Positions 26,492-32,000 of a DNA stretch of 32,000 nucleotides are shown here, piece by piece (position 1 is the stretch's first letter; each line of letters opens with the position of its first letter). Location: assembly GCF_001412615.1 (NCBI RefSeq), contig NZ_CP013011.1, positions 1,710,001 to 1,742,000 on the forward strand, written 5' to 3'. This stretch comes from Pyrodictium delaneyi. Lineage in GTDB: Archaea > Thermoproteota > Thermoprotei_A > Sulfolobales > Pyrodictiaceae. The notes below the pieces were generated by a model that searched no databases, was not told the origin of the DNA, and saw only the letters and a program-made list of their open reading frames with translations. A program made the translations under genes and the position numbers.

Positions 26492-29400
26492 ATGAACACG
26501 CGCGTACTAGCCTCGATATTCACACTAGCCCTCCTACTAGCCCCGATAGTAGCACCGCTAGTAAAGCCGGCAGCAGCCGCAAGCTTCACACTAGAAGTAT
26601 CGGCACAGCAAATAGACTACAACGTCATACTCCTCGAGATTAAGGGTCTTCCAAGTGACACCCCGCCAGCAGTGCTACTAACACTCTACGATGACCTAGG
26701 TAACGTAATAGCTGGTACAGACGTCAACCCATACATGGCCATAGCAGGCTACATAGGTGGTGGTATCTGGCATGTATATATAGCACTTAACAAGACATTC
26801 GAGGCCGGTATATTCAGCTACGCTCATGCTAACACATCATCGACGAAGATAGGTCTAACAGATGGTACAGAGTACAAGGCCAGCGATCTCGGCGACATCA
26901 CATTCTATACCGAGGTAGGACTAGCATCTCCAACACCACTCTCTAGGACAACACCAGAGCTAGCAGTAAACGGCAAACTAGTAGCCAATATAACACAGCT
27001 AACTGGCAATGCTAACTACACAAGCGGTAACCTAACACAAGCATGGCCAATAGTGAACGCTATAAACACAAACATACCAGATGGTGGTAGTGTAAAGATA
27101 ACTGTCGACGCAGGCGACCTAGGCACAGCCAGCGTAACAATAACAGTAGGTCCTGCCGGCATACAAGCAATAACAACTGACTATCTAAACATGGCTCCTG
27201 AGAAGACAGTGACAGCAACACTAGAGGCTACAACAATAGCTGCTGACCCCACAGCAGTTAACAGCCTAACATTCGTAAACACAACATCCATGACACTCAC
27301 AACAAACAGCACTGGTCCAAACATAACGACCGTCTTTGACAGTTCTGCAGCAGACGCAGCTGTTAAGGCAGCAATTGCGGAGGTAGGCGGTACAAGCAAT
27401 ATAGTGATCAAGGCAAACGTCAGTAGTGGTTCAAACTGGACAGCTCTAAACCTAACTGCATCAAACATACCAAATGGCCTAGCTGTGTTCGTCAAGATAC
27501 AGTTCGAGGCATACTATAACGGCACAGATCAGTGGTTTAACAAGACAGCCTACATAGTCCTCACAAGCGATATGATGAACAGGCTAGTATTCAACTGGAC
27601 CGGTATCAACCTAACAGCAGGCTTCGCAAACATAAACATAGCTTCTGTAAAGGTTACAGTGGTGCCAGCTAGCATAGTAACCAACATAAACGGCTGGACT
27701 GGCGATACTGGCAAGAAGACAATAACACTTGACGACGGTTCGGTAGTAGAGGTCATAGGTGATGCTAAGGACTATGCCTTCATAGAGGAAGTAACAGCAG
27801 AGACAACTGGTAGCGGTACCTTCGCAGCCAGCATATACATGCCTGGCCGCGATGACATACCAAGCTATGACTTCATCAAGGAGAGCTATGGCGTCAATGA
27901 TGCACCGGTGGTAGTAACACTAACAGACGTGAATGGCGTCTCCAGCGACATAACTGGCTTCATAAAGCTACAGACTGGCGTGCTTACAGTAACCTCCGCT
28001 GTCAAGCCTGGCGAAACTCTAAGCATAAGCGTAGAAGACATTGACGCACCAGCAGTAAGTGTAGAAATAACACTCTACAAGACCGATGGCATTCAGGCGG
28101 CAAGCGGCACTCTCGACCTTGAGCAGACTGCTGAGGGCCAGTTCCAGGGCAGCCTAAAGATACTCCTAGGCTCACCAGCAGTAGATGCTGCTAACGGCGT
28201 AATATACGTCGATAGCAGTATCGCAAGCATCGAGGTCAAGTATGTAGACAAGTACGGAGCAGGCGGTAGCGAGGTAACAAGGCTAGCCAGCAGCAGCGTA
28301 GCATTCTGGCCAGTAGACATAAGCACACCAGCAGAGACCTACGCTGACGCGCGCCTAGATGTGACACTAACATCCCAGAACTTCAACCTAGACCCCAATG
28401 CTCGCGAGGTACTCTATGTAGAGCCAGTAAGCAGTACCAACTATGCTGAGGTCAAGTACAACGGTGTACTAGTAGGCAAGATCTATGTAGACGTATACGA
28501 CAGCGAGAACCTAGACTGGAGACAGGCAAGCGACATAGCACCATACATAAGTGACCTATTCATAGTGCACAGCTTCTTCGAGAGCGCAGCAGACAGCGGC
28601 CAGTACACGATATACGTATACATAAGGAACCTACCAAGCCTCAATGACGGTGACGTCATAAAGATAACATATGTGGACCTACTCAATGGCGTAGAAATAG
28701 TCAAGGAGATACCAGTCAAGGTAATCGAGGGCAAGATGACATTCCTCTACAACGGCGAGGAGGTAGACATAACAGAGCTACCAATAGCAGTAGCAAGCGG
28801 CGGTGACGTAGTAAGAACATTCACTATAAAGATAGACGACGCTGACGCTAACAAGAACATATCCGGATACGACCTAGCAACTGTATACATAGACTTCGTA
28901 AAGCAGGATGGCAGCATCATAGAAAAGAAGGTATACTTCAACGAGACTGACGTAGACACTGGCGTATTCGAGGGCATATTCAACATAACCTTCTACGCCA
29001 ACGGCACAGTAGTATTCGAGGTCACAAACGGCACAACAATGCTACCGATAAAGCTAGACAAGGCCGACCTACCATTCGGCAAGCTATTAATCAAGTACTA
29101 CGATGCGAGCGTGGGCACCAACATAACCAAGGAGATAAAGATAAGGACACCTGATACAGCAAGCCTCACAATAACACCAGTAGTAGCAGAGAAGCTAGAC
29201 GACAACATAACGATAACACTCAAGGACAACGACCTCAACGTAATACCCGGCGCTGGCAATGATGTACTACCTGCTGGCCTAGAGTTTACAGTAACTGCTG
29301 AAGGCGCAACCAAGGCAACACTAACAGTAGGCGACATAGAGGCTGCCGGCTACACCTTCGAAGAAGTAGAGCCCGGCGTCTTCCAGGTAACTATACCCGC

Positions 29401-30607
29401 TAAGGACCTACTAGACATACTATACCCAGACCCAGTAGACGGTCTAGGCAAGACAGTACAGCTAACCTACACCGACCCAGTAGTAACTGGTAGCGTCCAG
29501 GGCGCCATAGTAAGCCAGGCAGCCAGTGCAAGCTTCAAGGTACTAAGTCACACAGCAGAGGTAACAGTAACACCAGAGAAGGTAAGCCCCTATGGCGTAA
29601 TAACAGTAAAGATCTATGACCCAGACCTAGCAGGCAAGACAGCCAGCTACATAACCAGCAACGAGCTACTAAAGGCCTCCAGCAACAAGGCTGACGCAAC
29701 AGCCTTCGCTGCTGTAATAACACCAGTCTATCCGGCAGGCAACCTGCCAAGCGATAACGGCACATTCATATTCCAGATACCGCTAAGCGATGCTCTAGTA
29801 AACCCAGTAGACACAGTAGCAATAGTCTATAAGGACCCAGTAGACGCTAACGGCGGTACAAGCGTGACTGTGAAGAGTGTCGAAGTGTACACTGAGACTG
29901 GCCAGCTAGAGCTACCAAAGGAGGCAGCCCCAGGTACAACAGTAGAGATAGTCGTCAAGGACTTCGACGCCAACACCAAGGCCGATGAGGTAGAGTACGT
30001 AAACGTGACCATATGGAGTAGCGCTCTACCGATCAAGACAACAGTCAAACTAATAGAGACCGGCGAGAACACCGGCGTATTCAGCAACGTGATACGCATA
30101 ACCGACAACCCCGAAGAGATAGGCCAGCCCAACACAGTCTACGCGCCAGCTGGCAGCACAGTCTATGTACAGTACGTAGACAAGCTAGCCGCTAACGGCG
30201 AGACCGATGTACCAGTAGAGGGCAGCTTCAAGGTAGTAGAGAGCGCTGTAGCAGGCAGGCCTGCAGTACCACAGCCAGAGAAGAGCGAGCTACTAGACCC
30301 GGCAACACTACAGCCAGTAACAACAGCTAAGGCTGGCAAGCAGGTACTAGTAGTAGTGCCCGTAGAGAACAAGGCCAGCACCGACGTGCAGGTCTACGCC
30401 GTAGTGACAATATACAAGGACGGTGTACCAGTAAAGTTCAGCTTCAGCGTCAACGTGCTAAAGGCCAACAGCGTAACAGACCTACCAGTAACACTACCAG
30501 CTCTAGAACCTGGCACCTACACAGTAAAGATAGTGCTAGTAGACAGCCTCAAGGACCTCAACCCTGTAAGCGAGGAGCCAATAGAGCTAACAATAACCGT
30601 CGAGTAA
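26492..30607 (+). CDS. large secreted glycoprotein, candidate S-layer lattice subunit (SlaA-like role)
   Basis: 1371 aa. It has a Sec-type signal peptide (MNTRVLASIFTLALLLAPIVAPLVKPAAAA) and no Cys that I could find. I counted about 24 N-x-S/T sequons by hand. It is rich in T, V, A, N and I. Beta-sandwich-like modules repeat, each ending in [VIL]-x-Y-x-D. The last 100 or so residues look CARDB-like. There is no C-terminal TM anchor. GGGTG lies 8-12 nt upstream of the ATG. Confidence 0.75.
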   Translation: MNTRVLASIFTLALLLAPIVAPLVKPAAAASFTLEVSAQQIDYNVILLEIKGLPSDTPPAVLLTLYDDLGNVIAGTDVNPYMAIAGYIGGGIWHVYIALNKTFEAGIFSYAHANTSSTKIGLTDGTEYKASDLGDITFYTEVGLASPTPLSRTTPELAVNGKLVANITQLTGNANYTSGNLTQAWPIVNAINTNIPDGGSVKITVDAGDLGTASVTITVGPAGIQAITTDYLNMAPEKTVTATLEATTIAADPTAVNSLTFVNTTSMTLTTNSTGPNITTVFDSSAADAAVKAAIAEVGGTSNIVIKANVSSGSNWTALNLTASNIPNGLAVFVKIQFEAYYNGTDQWFNKTAYIVLTSDMMNRLVFNWTGINLTAGFANINIASVKVTVVPASIVTNINGWTGDTGKKTITLDDGSVVEVIGDAKDYAFIEEVTAETTGSGTFAASIYMPGRDDIPSYDFIKESYGVNDAPVVVTLTDVNGVSSDITGFIKLQTGVLTVTSAVKPGETLSISVEDIDAPAVSVEITLYKTDGIQAASGTLDLEQTAEGQFQGSLKILLGSPAVDAANGVIYVDSSIASIEVKYVDKYGAGGSEVTRLASSSVAFWPVDISTPAETYADARLDVTLTSQNFNLDPNAREVLYVEPVSSTNYAEVKYNGVLVGKIYVDVYDSENLDWRQASDIAPYISDLFIVHSFFESAADSGQYTIYVYIRNLPSLNDGDVIKITYVDLLNGVEIVKEIPVKVIEGKMTFLYNGEEVDITELPIAVASGGDVVRTFTIKIDDADANKNISGYDLATVYIDFVKQDGSIIEKKVYFNETDVDTGVFEGIFNITFYANGTVVFEVTNGTTMLPIKLDKADLPFGKLLIKYYDASVGTNITKEIKIRTPDTASLTITPVVAEKLDDNITITLKDNDLNVIPGAGNDVLPAGLEFTVTAEGATKATLTVGDIEAAGYTFEEVEPGVFQVTIPAKDLLDILYPDPVDGLGKTVQLTYTDPVVTGSVQGAIVSQAASASFKVLSHTAEVTVTPEKVSPYGVITVKIYDPDLAGKTASYITSNELLKASSNKADATAFAAVITPVYPAGNLPSDNGTFIFQIPLSDALVNPVDTVAIVYKDPVDANGGTSVTVKSVEVYTETGQLELPKEAAPGTTVEIVVKDFDANTKADEVEYVNVTIWSSALPIKTTVKLIETGENTGVFSNVIRITDNPEEIGQPNTVYAPAGSTVYVQYVDKLAANGETDVPVEGSFKVVESAVAGRPAVPQPEKSELLDPATLQPVTTAKAGKQVLVVVPVENKASTDVQVYAVVTIYKDGVPVKFSFSVNVLKANSVTDLPVTLPALEPGTYTVKIVLVDSLKDLNPVSEEPIELTITVE

Positions 30608-30629
30608 CCAGTATAGCTTGATATACTCC

Positions 30630-30665
30630 GGGGCTGAGAGGGCTTTGACCCCCACACCCCTTTTT
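30630..30665 (+). terminator. GC hairpin plus T5 tract after the S-layer-like gene
   Basis: GGGG (30630-30633) can pair with CCCC (within 30649-30653), followed by cacccc and then TTTTT at 30661-30665. This lies 23-58 nt after the TAA at 30605-30607. Confidence 0.4.
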
Positions 30666-30795
30666 ATTATGATGACCATACCTGATTTTTGCCATGTACA
30701 CTGCTGTTGTGTTTCGCTCACAGCCCTAAACCTCTTATAAGCCCTATATAATGAGGGCAATATATGGTTGAGAAGGAGAAAATGGGTGGCATAAA

Positions 30796-32000
30796 ATGAG
30801 GCGGTTTGCAAGCCTCGTAGCTGGGATACTGATACTAATAGTAGCTGCACAGGCAATGGTAGCATTTGCTGCACTTACAGCCTCGACGAATAAGAGCATC
30901 TATGTACCTGGTGACGAACTCATAGTGAGCGGTTCTGCTGATCCAGGCGCAGTAATAGTGATAAAGCTAGAGAACCCGAACGGCGAGACAGTGGTCATTG
31001 ATCAACTAAAGGCCAGCAACGATGGCAGCTTCACCTGGAGTATCCGGTTCCCCAGCCAGCCCACCGACACGTTCCCTGCTGGCACCTACACTATACTCGT
31101 AAAGAACGCTGACACTGGCGAGACACAGCTGCTTCAGGTCGAGCTACAGGCTGGCGGTGAGATTGCTGGTAAGGTTGTAGATGAAAATGGCAACCCAGTA
31201 GCTGGTGCTGAGGTGTATGTATGCAGCGACGGTGAAGTAGTAGCTACAGCTACAACTGGCAGTGACGGTACTTTCGCTGTATACGTGGCACCGGGCACCT
31301 ATAACGTACGTGTAGAGAAGCCCAACTACCTCAAGACAGTGAAGCCTGATGTCACTGTTGAGCTTGGTCAGCGTGTAGACCTAGGTGAGATACAGATAGT
31401 AAGCATAGATGCTAAGTTCGCTGAACTAGAACAGGCTATAAGCGGTCTACAGGAAGCTGTTACTCAGATAGCTGACTTAGCCTCCCAGGTACAGCAGCTA
31501 CAGGAGGAACTAGGCAATAAGGCTGACCAGGCTGCTGTAGACCAGCTAGCTGACCAGGTAAGCCAGATAAACAAGGCAATAACGCAGCTAGCTGACCAGA
31601 TAAAGGCCATAGCAGAGCAACTTGACACCAAAGCTGACAAGACAGCAGTAGACCAGCTAGCGGAGCAGCTCAACGGCCTCAAGAGCCAGCTAGACGAGCT
31701 CCAGGCTCAGGTAAGCAGTATACAGAACCAGCTAGCTGATAAGGCTGACCAGGCTGCTGTAGACCAGCTAGCTGCTCAGATAAACCAGGTAGCCGGCAAG
31801 GTTGACCAGCTAGCAGCCAAGATGAGTGAACTAGAGACCGGGCTCAAGCAGCTCCAGGATAAGCTCAGCACGCTAGAGAGCCGTGTCAACACGCTAGAGG
31901 CAGCTACCCAGAGTATAGGCCAGCTCCAGGATGCCATAAACAAGCTGCAGCAGAGCGTCAACACGTTCCAGGAGACTGCGAGCCAGCTACAGACTCAGGT
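30796..32000 (+). CDS. secreted beta-sandwich plus long coiled-coil protein, candidate S-layer stalk/anchor (SlaB-like); 3' end lies outside the window
   Basis: This ORF is missing from the supplied track because it has no stop in the window. I translated frame 1 by hand from the ATG at 30796. It begins with the signal peptide MRRFASLVAGILILIVAAQAMVAFA, followed by an Ig-like segment. A carboxypeptidase-regulatory-like segment follows (GKVVDENGNPVAGAEVYV..TTGSDGTFAV..PGTYNVRVEKPNY). From about 31400 it is an uninterrupted heptad coiled coil that runs to base 32000. GGGTGG at 30784-30789 lies 6 nt upstream, and TATA-like tatataa lies about 45 nt upstream. Confidence 0.75.
   Translation, partial: MRRFASLVAGILILIVAAQAMVAFAALTASTNKSIYVPGDELIVSGSADPGAVIVIKLENPNGETVVIDQLKASNDGSFTWSIRFPSQPTDTFPAGTYTILVKNADTGETQLLQVELQAGGEIAGKVVDENGNPVAGAEVYVCSDGEVVATATTGSDGTFAVYVAPGTYNVRVEKPNYLKTVKPDVTVELGQRVDLGEIQIVSIDAKFAELEQAISGLQEAVTQIADLASQVQQLQEELGNKADQAAVDQLADQVSQINKAITQLADQIKAIAEQLDTKADKTAVDQLAEQLNGLKSQLDELQAQVSSIQNQLADKADQAAVDQLAAQINQVAGKVDQLAAKMSELETGLKQLQDKLSTLESRVNTLEAATQSIGQLQDAINKLQQSVNTFQETASQLQTQ
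31519..31851 (+). repeat. three tandem 111-bp (37-codon) repeat units inside the coiled-coil region
   Basis: Units begin at 31519, 31630 and 31741. Each opens with KAD(Q/K)(A/T)AVDQLA(D/E/A)Q. A perfect 36-bp repeat, ataaggctgaccaggctgctgtagaccagctagctg, occurs at 31517-31552 and again at 31739-31774. Confidence 0.85.

Noticed and set aside
26071-26643. Plus-strand ORFs of 190 aa and 76 aa (26127..26357) spanning the divergent spacer and both gene starts.
   Set aside because: They run antisense through the 5' end of the 663-aa gene, across the promoter spacer, and into the S-layer gene out of frame. Their Pro/Arg/Thr/Ser-rich composition reflects the C/A-rich DNA, not a protein.
27181-30381. 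A series of 68-104 aa minus-strand ORFs inside the 1371-aa gene (27181..27495, 27550..27756, 28093..28326, 28483..28734, 28747..28986, 29098..29337, 29535..29765, 29827..30135, 30163..30381).
   Set aside because: All are antisense to a long, strongly codon-biased ORF. They are low-complexity (S/T/L/A/V-rich) and have no start context. They are shadow ORFs produced by the sense-strand codon bias.
30587-30874. A 95-aa minus-strand ORF bridging the S-layer gene end, the spacer and the start of the stalk gene.
   Set aside because: It is antisense to two supported genes and to the terminator/promoter spacer, and it has no motif support.
31464-31964. Minus-strand ORFs 31464..31682 and 31776..31964 inside the coiled-coil region.
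   Set aside because: They are antisense to the repetitive CAG/CTA/GCT-rich coiled-coil coding sequence. They are Ser/Trp/Cys/Leu low-complexity shadows.

Overview
This window looks like a chromosomal segment of a hyperthermophilic archaeon, probably Thermoproteota/Crenarchaeota and Desulfurococcales-like. That placement is inferred from Alba, a fused gamma-alpha 2-oxoacid:ferredoxin oxidoreductase, an Ard1-type acetyltransferase, a PibD-like peptidase, TATA boxes about 25-40 nt ahead of start codons, and GGTG-type Shine-Dalgarno motifs. I count about 30 credible protein genes. I found no rRNA, tRNA, CRISPR array or IS element by eye.

The first 16 kb is mostly housekeeping: a HIT protein, an Lhr-like helicase, Alba, an MgtC-like membrane protein, a PduO-type adenosyltransferase, OFOR alpha and beta, Ard1 and pyruvate kinase.

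Four parts deserve attention:
1. 16.9-21.3 kb holds a tight four-gene module: a DUF4212-like small subunit, a sodium:solute symporter, a CBS plus Pol-beta-type nucleotidyltransferase (DUF294-like), and a DEDDh 3'-5' exonuclease. The nucleotidyltransferase/exonuclease pair has no established function.
2. 21.5-32 kb is a cell-envelope locus and my best candidate for an undescribed system. It contains two paralogous RHH proteins, a GC-rich 663-aa protein with a type IV pilin-like (class III) N-terminus, a 1371-aa cysteine-free protein with about two dozen N-glycosylation sequons that is a candidate S-layer subunit, and a SlaB-like stalk protein built from beta-sandwich domains and a coiled coil. 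A PibD-like peptidase sits at 0.6 kb.
3. The 6.1-6.5 kb spacer holds two candidate C/D box sRNAs.
4. A GC-rich structured island lies at 21.34-21.47 kb.

All family calls come from motif recognition by eye; no searches were run. Start codons are often TTG or GTG and remain uncertain.
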